From a virus (lineage: Duplodnaviria; Caudoviricetes): a stretch of 64,000 bases of DNA. The notes beneath the pieces were generated by a model that searched no databases, was not told where the DNA came from, and saw only the letters and a list, made by a program, of their open reading frames with translations. Positions 47,716-57,012 of the stretch are shown here, in pieces. The stretch lies in IMG/VR virus record IMGVR_UViG_3300009314_000001; one strand, 5' to 3'. How positions within the stretch are numbered: the first letter of the stretch is position 1; every line of letters begins with the position of its first letter. A program made the position numbers and the translations under genes.

Positions 47716-47897
47716 TATTCCTCGTCGTCCTCATCGTCCCATTCTTCGTCATCATCGTCGTCCCAATCCCAATCGTCATCGTCGTCGTCCTCTTCCCATT
47801 CATCAAATTCATCGTCATCTTCATCCCAGGAATTATAGGTCGTCACCGTCGTCGGCCTCAATTCCTCTGGAAGATGGCGTGGAGACTTCATGGACAT
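47712..47897 (-). CDS. Small protein with extreme acidic/Trp tail
   Basis: WDEDDDEFDEWEEDDDDDDWDWDDDDDEEWDDEDDEEY. Confidence 0.55.
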   Translation of the reverse strand: MSMKSPRHLPEELRPTTVTTYNSWDEDDDEFDEWEEDDDDDDWDWDDDDDEEWDDEDDEEY

Positions 47898-48051
47898 TGG
47901 TCAAATTCCTTAATTGATGTCCAAGGGCTAAAAGAGCGGTATTTTCAGTACTCGTATCAAGAATAAGAGCACCAAGTGCCTCTCCAAGTTTCCTCTCAAG
48001 CCGAATGAATATACGGTCATCAATTTCGAACGCAGGTAAGTCGTCTGACAT
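47833..48051 (-). CDS. Hypothetical protein
   Basis: 72-aa ORF. Confidence 0.5.
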   Translation of the reverse strand: MSDDLPAFEIDDRIFIRLERKLGEALGALILDTSTENTALLALGHQLRNLTNVHEVSTPSSRGIEADDGDDL

Positions 48052-48095
48052 GATAATTCCAGTCTTATAAAAATTGCTGGAATTATCTTTTACTA

Positions 48096-48845
48096 TTACT
48101 GACCATCAAATACATGCTTCTCATAGTTGCAATTATAACACAATACTTGAAAACCATTTGGATATCCTTCAGCACGAAGCCATTTGTAAATTGATTTGGT
48201 CAACTTCGCACGATGCCGCACACCACTACCTTCAACATGATCTATGGTCAAAAATTCTATAATTTCCTCAGAACAGCTCGCACATTGAGGTGTACCGCTG
48301 CTATAACGTTCCAGTACTTCAAAACGAATCCTATACGCATATCGTTTATATCTTGTATCAAGAACTCGTTCGAAATTTGGTGAATGAGGGCATAGACCAA
48401 AGCGCCTACCAGAATTACAATTTAAACAAAGAGTTTGAAAACCGTCAGGATATTCATTTTTCTTAAGCCAAGCATATATCCTAGCCCCACCACCTCTACC
48501 ACCAAGGTCATTTCTGCGATGCCTAGCACCATCGCCATTAATATGATCAATAGTTAGAGCTCGCGTCTCGTCACAACACACACAAGCAACTATATCACCG
48601 GCAGAATATCGCAAGAGGGCTTCTTGTTTATATTGATTGTATCGTCGCTTATCATTATTACGCTTAATTTCAGTACAATGCATACACCGCTGTTGGCCCT
48701 CAGCAACAGGGCGAATTTGACAATTACGACACATACCAATAGCAATAGCTGCTTTTGTTCTACATCTACGACAATAATCTTTGTAATACTGATGACCGTT
48801 GGAGTGTCGTTCTATTGGCCGACTGCATTCTTGGCAAACGTGCAT
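48096..48845 (-). CDS. Endonuclease with tandem HNH-like domains
   Basis: Two copies of C..C..LTIDH..G.G..WL....YP.GFQ.LC.NCN. Confidence 0.8.
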   Translation of the reverse strand: MHVCQECSRPIERHSNGHQYYKDYCRRCRTKAAIAIGMCRNCQIRPVAEGQQRCMHCTEIKRNNDKRRYNQYKQEALLRYSAGDIVACVCCDETRALTIDHINGDGARHRRNDLGGRGGGARIYAWLKKNEYPDGFQTLCLNCNSGRRFGLCPHSPNFERVLDTRYKRYAYRIRFEVLERYSSGTPQCASCSEEIIEFLTIDHVEGSGVRHRAKLTKSIYKWLRAEGYPNGFQVLCYNCNYEKHVFDGQ

Positions 48846-48864
48846 TCGTTCTCCTCCGACACAC

Positions 48865-48872
48865 TATTTTTG
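48865..48872 (-). promoter_or_regulatory. CAAANATA motif
   Basis: CAAAAATA 19 nt upstream of ATG 48845. Confidence 0.4.
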
Positions 48873-48910
48873 CCGAAGAAGAACGAAAAGTAAGCGACTA
48901 AGATGGGGGG

Positions 48911-50266
48911 TTATTCAGTAACCCGCATGCGGACTTGGTGGCCCCAACCAGGGCCGTCAGTGTCCGGCGTAGTAATAACTGTAATCATCGGGAATGGCTT
49001 TGGCTCAGCCCAATTGCAGTAACCATCCGTCAGCATTACTTGGCAATCGGCAACCTGATTGTTATCACACAACCACTCAACCGGAGCAGCCATATCCGTA
49101 CCACCACGACCGTGAACCTCGAACTTCTTCCAGTCGCCACGACGATACATCGCGAAGCCCTGGAAAGCGTGATCCCACTGCAGAACCATTACCTTCGCCC
49201 TGCTAGCGATCATATCGATTTCAGCGAAGAACTGCTCAAGTTCTCGGCTTCCGATTGATCCGGAAGTATCGATAATTACACAGACATTAGCTGCGGCGTG
49301 ACGGCTGATACCCGGCATACCGAACCAGTCTCGTCGGCGATTTCGACGGCTGTAAGTCTTTCGCTGGTTTCCGACATGCTTGCCGAAATAATGTCGGAGT
49401 AATTCCCGCCAACGGATCACAGGCTTATTCAAGGCCTTGATGGCTTCGACCAGATGCCCAGGAGTATGTCCTTGGCACTTTTCGGAGGCCTGAACGACCA
49501 TATCCTTGACCACTTGTCGTGCCTCGTCTTCTGAGACGTCGGACTGATTCCAGATTGAGTGGTCGTCGATGGCTTGTCCGGAGACTCCACCGAAACTGTA
49601 ACCGTCGCCGGATTGGCCACATTGTGGGCATGCATTTGGATCTGGTTGGCCGCCTCCGCCGCCACCACCTTTCTGCTTACCCTTGCCGCCCTTGCCTTTA
49701 CCTTTACCGCTCATAGGGCGACCGCAATTCCCACAGCAATTACCACCCTTCTTCTCGAGCTTGGCGTAGTAATGCTCGGAGGTCTCGTCCTTGGGCCAGT
49801 CGTCAGGAATCCAGCAGATTTGTCCCTTGTGCGGGATAATCACTTCGTTGGTGGAAGGATCGGTGTAGCCGATTCGCGGAGCAGTACGAGGACCGTTTAC
49901 GGTCATATCTGCTGCGACGTTCCAGGCTTCTGGATTCCGGTGGCCAATTCGTACGCAGTGAACGCGAACGATATGCTCGATTTCGTGCTGGATAACAGCG
50001 AAGAGTTCCTCGATTGTGAGGGAATCTACAAATGGTGGATACCAAAGGCACTGGATATCGCATCCATTGATGATACGGACGCCCATCGTTCTCTTCTCTT
50101 CCTGCAACCATGGCATCCCACTTGGGATCCAGGTCATGCTCATTGCAATATGACCGTACCAGGGCTCGCGCGTCATTAGACGGCAGCGGGCGTTCATAAC
50201 CTTGTCGAGGATCGGCTGATCCACAGTCATCTTCGACGAGTTCATTGCAACCATGTTGAGCGCCAT
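48911..50266 (-). CDS. vWA-like domain protein with N-terminal HExxH metallopeptidase-like domain (DUF2201 type)
   Basis: QHEIEHI, WNVAADM, IIDTSGSI (MIDAS), GRGGTD, LTDGY. Confidence 0.85.
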   Translation of the reverse strand: MALNMVAMNSSKMTVDQPILDKVMNARCRLMTREPWYGHIAMSMTWIPSGMPWLQEEKRTMGVRIINGCDIQCLWYPPFVDSLTIEELFAVIQHEIEHIVRVHCVRIGHRNPEAWNVAADMTVNGPRTAPRIGYTDPSTNEVIIPHKGQICWIPDDWPKDETSEHYYAKLEKKGGNCCGNCGRPMSGKGKGKGGKGKQKGGGGGGGQPDPNACPQCGQSGDGYSFGGVSGQAIDDHSIWNQSDVSEDEARQVVKDMVVQASEKCQGHTPGHLVEAIKALNKPVIRWRELLRHYFGKHVGNQRKTYSRRNRRRDWFGMPGISRHAAANVCVIIDTSGSIGSRELEQFFAEIDMIASRAKVMVLQWDHAFQGFAMYRRGDWKKFEVHGRGGTDMAAPVEWLCDNNQVADCQVMLTDGYCNWAEPKPFPMITVITTPDTDGPGWGHQVRMRVTE

Positions 50267-50304
50267 CCTATTCCTCCCGTAAAAGGTGTTTTGTGGTACC
50301 CACC

Positions 50305-50332
50305 TGTTACAAAGAGGAATCCATAGGTTAAA
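50305..50332 (-). promoter_or_regulatory. TTTAACN-N15-GTAACA motif
   Basis: tttaacc-tatggattcctcttt-gtaaca upstream of the vWA gene. Confidence 0.6.
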
Positions 50333-50358
50333 TTCTTAGAATGCCTTCCTTAACATAT

Positions 50359-50574
50359 TTAATACACCAGTACTACACCAGTACAACATTTTTCAATTGA
50401 TTTCGGGTCGGCTAGATCAACGGAGAATTCATATCGGGTTGATTTCGTCTCTACGCCTCGTGGTAATTCAGGTAAATTAGATTTCCTATCTATACTCACT
50501 TCCATACATGGGTTCTGTGGGTGTATAATATTACACTTTACTACCCCATTAGCCACGAGAACATGAACCTTCAT
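50359..50574 (-). CDS. Hypothetical protein (DLADP family; start uncertain)
   Basis: C-terminal FSVDLADPKSIEK. Confidence 0.45.
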   Translation of the reverse strand: MKVHVLVANGVVKCNIIHPQNPCMEVSIDRKSNLPELPRGVETKSTRYEFSVDLADPKSIEKCCTGVVLVY

Positions 50575-50681
50575 AGTATATGCACCACTTGTGACAGCAA
50601 ATTCATTGGTCGGTAATGCCGTGCCTTGAACCACAAAAGGTTCAACTTCTACGATTTTCCATACCAGAGGCAGTTTTGGTA

Positions 50682-50870
50682 ATGACAAATAGAGATGCCT
50701 ACCTCGACTGGAAGGCGGACTTCTTCGGTGCCTGGAACGAAGAGCGCGAAAAGATCCAGAACCAAGCACCGAATCAACTACCGATCTGGTGCGATCACGA
50801 AAACAATATCTGGATCAACATGAAAACTATGCAACAGATGAATCACTGCTACTACGGGGATGAGGGATGA
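50682..50870 (+). CDS. Small hypothetical protein
   Basis: Probable start MTNRDAYL. Confidence 0.45.
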   Translation: MTNRDAYLDWKADFFGAWNEEREKIQNQAPNQLPIWCDHENNIWINMKTMQQMNHCYYGDEG

Positions 50871-51052
50871 AATACATGATCTACCACGACGGCTCATGGA
50901 GCGATGGAGAACTCCAGAGAATGGCTAAAGGCGAGATGATTGATCGAAACGGAAAACGGTATGCCGTTTGTCGTGATTGTAATAGGGTAATCAGAATAGA
51001 TAGGCCGTTCTTTGGTTCAATTCATGTCTGCTCGGTAGAAGATGAAGATTGA
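50867..51052 (+). CDS. Small putative Zn-binding protein
   Basis: CRDC..HVC; GAGG RBS; ATGA overlap. Confidence 0.5.
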   Translation: MKYMIYHDGSWSDGELQRMAKGEMIDRNGKRYAVCRDCNRVIRIDRPFFGSIHVCSVEDED

Positions 51053-51873
51053 TCTGAGCACATATCAGCACTAGCAAGCATTTTACCCACATCGAGTGGT
51101 TCGCATGCCTCCATAAAGTCAAATAATTTCTCAAATTGGTCTTTTCTTGATTTGATAATATCAATTTGTTTTTGGATCTCCATGCGGCTTGCCATAGCTG
51201 GCAGAACTGGTATGTCAACATCAGCATAGCGTAATAGCCCATTTATCTTATGCGAGCTTCCGCCGATAGAAACAAATGGACACCTAGCCTTGCAAGCCGC
51301 ATGTACTTCATGGAATCTTGCGGTCACAAAAATCTCACAATTCCGCAAAATACCTATCATCTTCCCCCAACTATCTCTCTTAATGTTTATTCGTACATCT
51401 CCTTCAATCCCAGGTTTATTTTGCCTAAGATTACCAATAGCGAGACCATACTGCTGATCGTACTTCCTTTCCTTGAATTCAGACCAATAACTCAAATCTA
51501 TATGTATATCAGCATGAATCCGGTATGTGTTCGCTAATTCTGTTTGGCTTAGAATTTCTCTGACTGAAATATATTTAGTTCTGGAAAGAGTTCTAAGAAT
51601 TCTTTTGGTTGGTGGATTCGTATCCCACACAGTGTTTATCAAATATGTTGGTATCCCTAACTTCTGAAACCTACGTAAGAGCTTCATCTTACGCTGAAAC
51701 GTACTAGAATTGTGATGCATCGATCCTTCGCCGTTAACAATTAAAGCATCAACTTTTCCAACTCCGTCATATACAGTATGCCCACTATCTCTAATCTGTT
51801 TACACAAACATCTGTAAACTTGCTTGCACCCATGATGATATCTGCTATGATTACCGGCTATCCTCACGATCAT
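51022..51873 (-). CDS. Polysaccharide pyruvyl transferase-like protein
   Basis: IVNGEGSMHH, ISVREILS, VTARFH. Confidence 0.65.
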   Translation of the reverse strand: MIVRIAGNHSRYHHGCKQVYRCLCKQIRDSGHTVYDGVGKVDALIVNGEGSMHHNSSTFQRKMKLLRRFQKLGIPTYLINTVWDTNPPTKRILRTLSRTKYISVREILSQTELANTYRIHADIHIDLSYWSEFKERKYDQQYGLAIGNLRQNKPGIEGDVRINIKRDSWGKMIGILRNCEIFVTARFHEVHAACKARCPFVSIGGSSHKINGLLRYADVDIPVLPAMASRMEIQKQIDIIKSRKDQFEKLFDFMEACEPLDVGKMLASADMCSDQSSSSTEQT

Positions 51874-51940
51874 AGAATTACCCCAAATACATCATTGAAC
51901 CTGAACACTACGTATGTATTGAAATACCTAAGGAGAAAAC

Positions 51941-52741
51941 ATGCCAAGAAGTCCTCTCAAATACCACGGTGGCAAATCATACCTAGCAACTCGTATTCTA
52001 GCTTTGATGCCGCCACACATACATTATGTAGAACCTTATTTTGGTGGTGGTTCAGTTCTGCTTAGAAAAGATCCAGCCAAGACATCAGAAGTTGTAAATG
52101 ATATAGACCTCGATCTTACTAACTTCTGGCGAGTCTTACAGAACCCAGCTACATTCGAAGAATTCAAACGACGGATAGACGCTACCCCATTCTCCCAAGT
52201 AGAATGGGCAGAGGCCGCACCAACAGCACCGCAGCAATATCTAGATGTGGACGCCGCGATCTATTTCTTCATCAGATGCCGCCAATCACTATCAGGTAGA
52301 GGTGTCAATTTTGCCCCTGTTTCTAAGACTCGCACACGCCGAGGCATGAATGAGCAATGTTCAGCTTGGATCAACACTGTTGAAGGTCTCCCAGAAGTAC
52401 ACGCTCGTCTCCAGCGAGTATTCATTTATCACGATGATGCTGTAGTAATCATAAAGAAGAATGATAGCGTACAGACTTTATTCTACCTTGACCCAACATA
52501 TCCCCAAGGATGTGTGGCGACACAAGGAGTTTACCGATTTCAAATGTCAGACGAGCAACACATGGAAATGCTCGCAGCAATATGTAATCTAAAAGGAAAG
52601 GTAATACTATCCAGTTACCCAAATAAGATGTATGATACTGTATTGAAGGGCTGGAAGGTGAAGAACTTCGATTTGCCGAATAATGCTGCTGGAGGCAAAT
52701 CGAAGAGAAGGATGACTGAAAGAGTTTATATGAATTATTAA
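51941..52741 (+). CDS. dam: DNA adenine methyltransferase (Dam/D12 class)
   Basis: LKYHGGK, YVEPYFGGGSV, VNDID, FYLDPTY (variant DPPY). Confidence 0.85.
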   Translation: MPRSPLKYHGGKSYLATRILALMPPHIHYVEPYFGGGSVLLRKDPAKTSEVVNDIDLDLTNFWRVLQNPATFEEFKRRIDATPFSQVEWAEAAPTAPQQYLDVDAAIYFFIRCRQSLSGRGVNFAPVSKTRTRRGMNEQCSAWINTVEGLPEVHARLQRVFIYHDDAVVIIKKNDSVQTLFYLDPTYPQGCVATQGVYRFQMSDEQHMEMLAAICNLKGKVILSSYPNKMYDTVLKGWKVKNFDLPNNAAGGKSKRRMTERVYMNY

Positions 52742-53979
52742 ATATTACAAGTGCCTTCCATTACAGATATTTTCCTATCTTCTATAAGCTTTCTAACGTA
52801 CTGTCTTTCCCACCCAAAATGATGTTTTCTTCTCGGTTTAGAGTACCTACTCCTTGTCTTGAAGAAATCAAAACCAGCAATAGTTACGTCTAGACCAAGA
52901 AAAGCAGCAATAGCTCGAGTGCCAGCACTAGCACTAATTACAGGACAATCGATTGCTGCACTAGCTCGTTGTTTGCTTGTTGGCCACGGATGTATTTTAT
53001 ATGCTTCTTGTGGTTTACGTCTTCGCAATGTCCTAACAACACTCCCCCCTGCAGTGATGAGATGCTTATAACCAATAGCTTCCCATTCTCGAACTCTAGC
53101 AGATTTAATTAAGCTGCTATTAACGGCCCATATATCACACCTATTGGTTCCGCCTTCATGTTCCCGATGATATCTATTGATTCTAACAACAGTATAATCA
53201 TCGAGCGATTTCCCAGTCCAATCTACTCTGGCATTACCAACTATTAATATCTTCTTGTGGTCGCAGAGTTTCAGTAACCCACGATTATGAATGGGGTGTG
53301 TGTCGAAAGTATACCCAAAAGTTTCCACGTCTCGACTATACCATTTTCCAATTAATTCTTTAGTTTTTTCACTAAGTTGACTGATATAATCAGTATTTGC
53401 GCTTTTATTAATATGAGGCAATTGTATGGGTATGCCTATCATTCTGCTAATATACTCAGTATATTCATCTAATCTTTCATAGTAACCGATCAATGGCTTA
53501 TATCGCAAATCTGGAAGAATATCTTGCTCGAAATAATGTATCTGAGGGTCAAATGGAGGCCTTCTAAGAGTTGCAATAGCCCATTGTTTTTGACAATTTA
53601 ATCTTCTGGCAAAACGATTTATGTCTCCTTTCCGAATTCTCCCTCTTCGCCACTTCCTCTTTGTTGACCCAATTATATAATGGTAGGCCGACGCAAATCT
53701 GTCCCAAGGATTTCTAACAAAGCCGAAAATGAAATAATCAGAAATATCAATAATGCCAAGATGATGTAATTTACAGATATTTTGCAAACTTAAATGCCGC
53801 ATCTTACCTCTCTGCGTCTCAAAACAGGTCGGGATACTGGAATGTTTGGAACGTAGAGCTCTGTTTAGCGCTAGACAGAAGTCGGGCCGGACATATTCTT
53901 CTAATGCGGCCTCAAAACTGAATCCAGCAGTTTTAGGATTATGAATAAATATAAATTTTTTAGAGGTACTTATTATCAT
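52738..53979 (-). CDS. Sulfotransferase (family 2) fused to a GT29/sialyltransferase-like domain
   Basis: FIHNPKTAG, FVRNPWDRFASAY; then IVGNA, VVRIN, SAGTRAI, AGFDF. Confidence 0.7.
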   Translation of the reverse strand: MIISTSKKFIFIHNPKTAGFSFEAALEEYVRPDFCLALNRALRSKHSSIPTCFETQRGKMRHLSLQNICKLHHLGIIDISDYFIFGFVRNPWDRFASAYHYIIGSTKRKWRRGRIRKGDINRFARRLNCQKQWAIATLRRPPFDPQIHYFEQDILPDLRYKPLIGYYERLDEYTEYISRMIGIPIQLPHINKSANTDYISQLSEKTKELIGKWYSRDVETFGYTFDTHPIHNRGLLKLCDHKKILIVGNARVDWTGKSLDDYTVVRINRYHREHEGGTNRCDIWAVNSSLIKSARVREWEAIGYKHLITAGGSVVRTLRRRKPQEAYKIHPWPTSKQRASAAIDCPVISASAGTRAIAAFLGLDVTIAGFDFFKTRSRYSKPRRKHHFGWERQYVRKLIEDRKISVMEGTCNI

Positions 53980-54734
53980 ATATTAGCCTTATATTTCCTA
54001 GATATCCTCCTGAAATTCTCATAATCAAGATCGGTTAGTGCACCTATAGTGGTCTCGGGAGCCCTCAGCATTTCTGCAATAATATATTTGAACACTTTAT
54101 AAATTATTGGTGTCGAACGCAATATAGTACTAACTCTTCTAAGCAACTTTATCGGCATATCTCCCGGCGATGTGAATGACTGCTGTCCAGACCAAAAGGC
54201 GGGCCTTGAGTTGCGAATGCTCGGATGTACTTTCCATCTGCGCCTTGAATATGGTGATAATTCACTTGCTCTCTTCTTGCGAAACTCCCAACCCTCCTCA
54301 GTACTAGACATTCTGTTTTGTACCATTACCTCCCAACTAGCTGGTAATATAGCGATCATTGCATTTCTGCTTTCTAATGGATCGGCATGGTCAATATATG
54401 TTGTTAAGATAGAAACTAACCATCTAGTACTACAAAAACTGATCCAAAACTCGTATTTAGATTCAAACAATTCTTTAAAATATAACCAATCTTCTCTTAA
54501 GAGCTCTGGCGGCCTACTTGATCTACGCAGTCTGGCAACTAATCTTTTTAGTAGAATTGCGACACATGGTGCGTCATTAACCAATTTATCCAATGGTATA
54601 TCAACAAATTGGTCATTCTTGTCTTTACGAAGATGTTGTGAAAAGCATGCTCGACAGGTTTCATCGTCAGTCAAGTTTCTATTACAAACTAATTCAGGGC
54701 GAGCTCGAGGATTATCTTCTGCTATATAACCCAT
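53976..54734 (-). CDS. Hypothetical protein
   Basis: 252-aa ORF, operonic. Confidence 0.55.
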   Translation of the reverse strand: MGYIAEDNPRARPELVCNRNLTDDETCRACFSQHLRKDKNDQFVDIPLDKLVNDAPCVAILLKRLVARLRRSSRPPELLREDWLYFKELFESKYEFWISFCSTRWLVSILTTYIDHADPLESRNAMIAILPASWEVMVQNRMSSTEEGWEFRKKRASELSPYSRRRWKVHPSIRNSRPAFWSGQQSFTSPGDMPIKLLRRVSTILRSTPIIYKVFKYIIAEMLRAPETTIGALTDLDYENFRRISRKYKANI

Positions 54735-54762
54735 AGAAATCTCCTAGATATGGAATATTAAA

Positions 54763-55626
54763 ATGCTCAAAATAGTCGCCTATCATCGCAGCCATCACAG
54801 CAAAAAGATCGCTATGGATATCCTATTGAGTAAATTTGTTACTGGTCTAAAAAGACAAAAGAACATCGATATCATCGAAGATATATACCCAAAACCAAAA
54901 CACAAACAAATAAAAAGAAAAGGGGATATAGCAGTTATCTGGGGAGGATTCAATCTAGAAAGAATAAAACGATTATACCCCAGATTCATAGTTGTTGAAC
55001 GAGCTTATGTTGGTAATAGATTCGAATGGACGTCCGCAGGATACGACGGCCTAAACGGCAGAGCAGATTTTTGCATCGACGACCAAATGCCCAGCGACAG
55101 ATGGGAAAGACACCACCAAGATTGCATGCAAGAATGGGATACCAGCGGTAACTATATATTATTAGTCGGACAGAAACAGAACGATATAGCCGTCCGCCAC
55201 ATCAAATTCAGCCGATGGATTGAAAAGACCAGATCCTTTCTTGATCATTATAATATACCAACAATTTATAGACCCCACCCAGGATTACGCAAATCCGAAG
55301 ACTTCGACAAATATATGGAAGTCTGTGGAGATGGACTAAACTCAGACCTATATCAAGTCCTGAAACAAGCAAAATATGTAATAACCTTCAACAGCAATAC
55401 TGGAGTGCTTGCAGTCCTAGCCGGTACACCAACTATTGCTATTGACGAGGGCTCGATGGTTTACGGTCTTGTGCAGAATGACATCGAAAGTGTTATTGGA
55501 CCACCACATACCCCAGACAGAACCCAATGGGCACATAACATAGCTTATTGCCAATGGTCCCCAGAAGAACTAGAAAATGGTGATTTCTGGGAATTATTAA
55601 AGAGAGGAGCTACAGAATGCAATTAG
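54763..55626 (+). CDS. Capsule-biosynthesis (KpsS/KpsC-like) GT-B-type protein
   Basis: LLVGQKQND, YRPHP, ITFNSNTGVLAVLAGTP, LAY/IAYCQW-type tail. Confidence 0.6.
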   Translation: MLKIVAYHRSHHSKKIAMDILLSKFVTGLKRQKNIDIIEDIYPKPKHKQIKRKGDIAVIWGGFNLERIKRLYPRFIVVERAYVGNRFEWTSAGYDGLNGRADFCIDDQMPSDRWERHHQDCMQEWDTSGNYILLVGQKQNDIAVRHIKFSRWIEKTRSFLDHYNIPTIYRPHPGLRKSEDFDKYMEVCGDGLNSDLYQVLKQAKYVITFNSNTGVLAVLAGTPTIAIDEGSMVYGLVQNDIESVIGPPHTPDRTQWAHNIAYCQWSPEELENGDFWELLKRGATECN

Positions 55627-56504
55627 GTATAGAAGTAACCAGCCGCTGTAACTTACAATGTTCAATGTGTGGCTGGCCATCAATGACACGCCCAAAGAAA
55701 GACATGGAATTCTCGCTCTTTTGTAAGATAATTGACGATATCAAAAGCAGTAAAGGAAAACACGGAATCCAGCAATTACACTTCGCCGGTGAACCCTTGC
55801 TTGCCAATAGATTCGATGAAATGCTCGAGTATTTGCGCGAGCATGATATGCGTGTTGGTAATAGCTTCTCAACAAATTGTATACTATTAACACCAGAGCG
55901 AACAGATAGATTATTAGACGCTGGTTTCATAGAAGTACACAGACGGACTAAAAATGTACGACTCTGCATCGATTCGCTAGATGAAGAAGTATATGATAAA
56001 TTAAGAGTCGGCGGAAAATTAGATGTAGCAATAGAAAACGCATTATACTTCATTAGTAAGACGAAAGGTAAGCTACGCGGGCTTAAGATTCAACGGATCG
56101 TAACAGATATCAATGTTGGAGAATTAGTAGAGCGATATCGCAAATTGTTTAAAATCCCAGTAAGATCCCAATTTTGTGGCAGGCATCAAGACAAAAGCCG
56201 CGATCTCAGAGTACGCAAACACGAAGAGGACATACGCCCAAGCTGCGACCAAATATTTAGCAAGACAATGTGGGTTGCCCAAAGTGGGCTGGTTACAGCA
56301 TGCTGTCTTGATATGGATATGACTATGACATACGGTGATCTAAGCAAGCAAACAATTAAGGAAGCGTTAAAATCCAAAGCTCGCAAAGAACAAAAAAGAC
56401 AATTCAAGGCAGGCGAATACGATAAACTAACAGTATGTTCAACATGTATAGGTAATGAATGCACCCTAACACGCTATGAAAAAGATAAAAAAGCTATGAA
56501 GTAG
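55617..56504 (+). CDS. Radical SAM/SPASM-domain protein
   Basis: CNLQCSMC, FAGEPLL, STN; C-terminal C..CC..CSTC. Confidence 0.85.
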   Translation: MQLGIEVTSRCNLQCSMCGWPSMTRPKKDMEFSLFCKIIDDIKSSKGKHGIQQLHFAGEPLLANRFDEMLEYLREHDMRVGNSFSTNCILLTPERTDRLLDAGFIEVHRRTKNVRLCIDSLDEEVYDKLRVGGKLDVAIENALYFISKTKGKLRGLKIQRIVTDINVGELVERYRKLFKIPVRSQFCGRHQDKSRDLRVRKHEEDIRPSCDQIFSKTMWVAQSGLVTACCLDMDMTMTYGDLSKQTIKEALKSKARKEQKRQFKAGEYDKLTVCSTCIGNECTLTRYEKDKKAMK

Positions 56505-56703
56505 GCCTTTTAAGACTGTCCTTCATATATTCATTATCTGGGTCTGCCATTTGCAGTTCCAGGGTGCTGTCCCCAATATCAACCATAGCACCTACGCGCG
56601 ATTTTTCGGTACTACAGCGGACACAAGTTATAGTCGTAGGTAATACCTTTAACCGCGCTTTTGGTATTGCTTTACCGCAGATTTGGCATTTCTTATCATC
56701 CAC
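56494..56703 (-). CDS. TraR/DksA C4-type zinc-finger protein
   Basis: C-x2-C-x17-C-x2-C (CQICGKAIPKARLKVLPTTITCVRC); RBS before GTG 56703. Confidence 0.75.
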   Translation of the reverse strand: MDDKKCQICGKAIPKARLKVLPTTITCVRCSTEKSRVGAMVDIGDSTLELQMADPDNEYMKDSLKRPTS

Positions 56704-56760
56704 GCTACCTCTCCTGTTACTAAGATACATAATTTACTTTCTCCAATTTAAAGTATTTGA

Positions 56761-56787
56761 TTTAACATAGTAGTTCCGACAGTAACA
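56761..56787 (+). promoter_or_regulatory. TTTAACN-N14-GTAACA motif
   Basis: tttaaca-tagtagttccgaca-gtaaca followed by AAGGAG and ATG 56803. Confidence 0.65.
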
Positions 56788-56802
56788 TATAAGGAGTATA
56801 GT

Positions 56803-56940
56803 ATGATTTGGGAATGTGAACCAGGAAGACTAACTGAACTGTTCGATAAAGTGCAAACCAGCGACGAAGTAGCTATGGATGGTAACATCCTAATAGTCCT
56901 CAACCCATTGTGGGGCTATATATCTTCTAACTTCCCATAA
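56803..56940 (+). CDS. 45-aa peptide
   Basis: Promoter motif, AAGGAG and MIWECEPGRLTELFDK...; below the track length cutoff. Confidence 0.5.
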   Translation: MIWECEPGRLTELFDKVQTSDEVAMDGNILIVLNPLWGYISSNFP

Positions 56941-57012
56941 TATCTCTTCAGCTATTTCAGATTCGAGGCTTCGAGCTTTATCCATCGCTTCTTGAATACC
57001 AGGAGGTATCAT
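56890..57012 (-). CDS. 40-aa peptide
   Basis: ATGA overlap with the upstream gene; MIPPGIQEAMDKARSL... Confidence 0.4.
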   Translation of the reverse strand: MIPPGIQEAMDKARSLESEIAEEILWEVRRYIAPQWVEDY

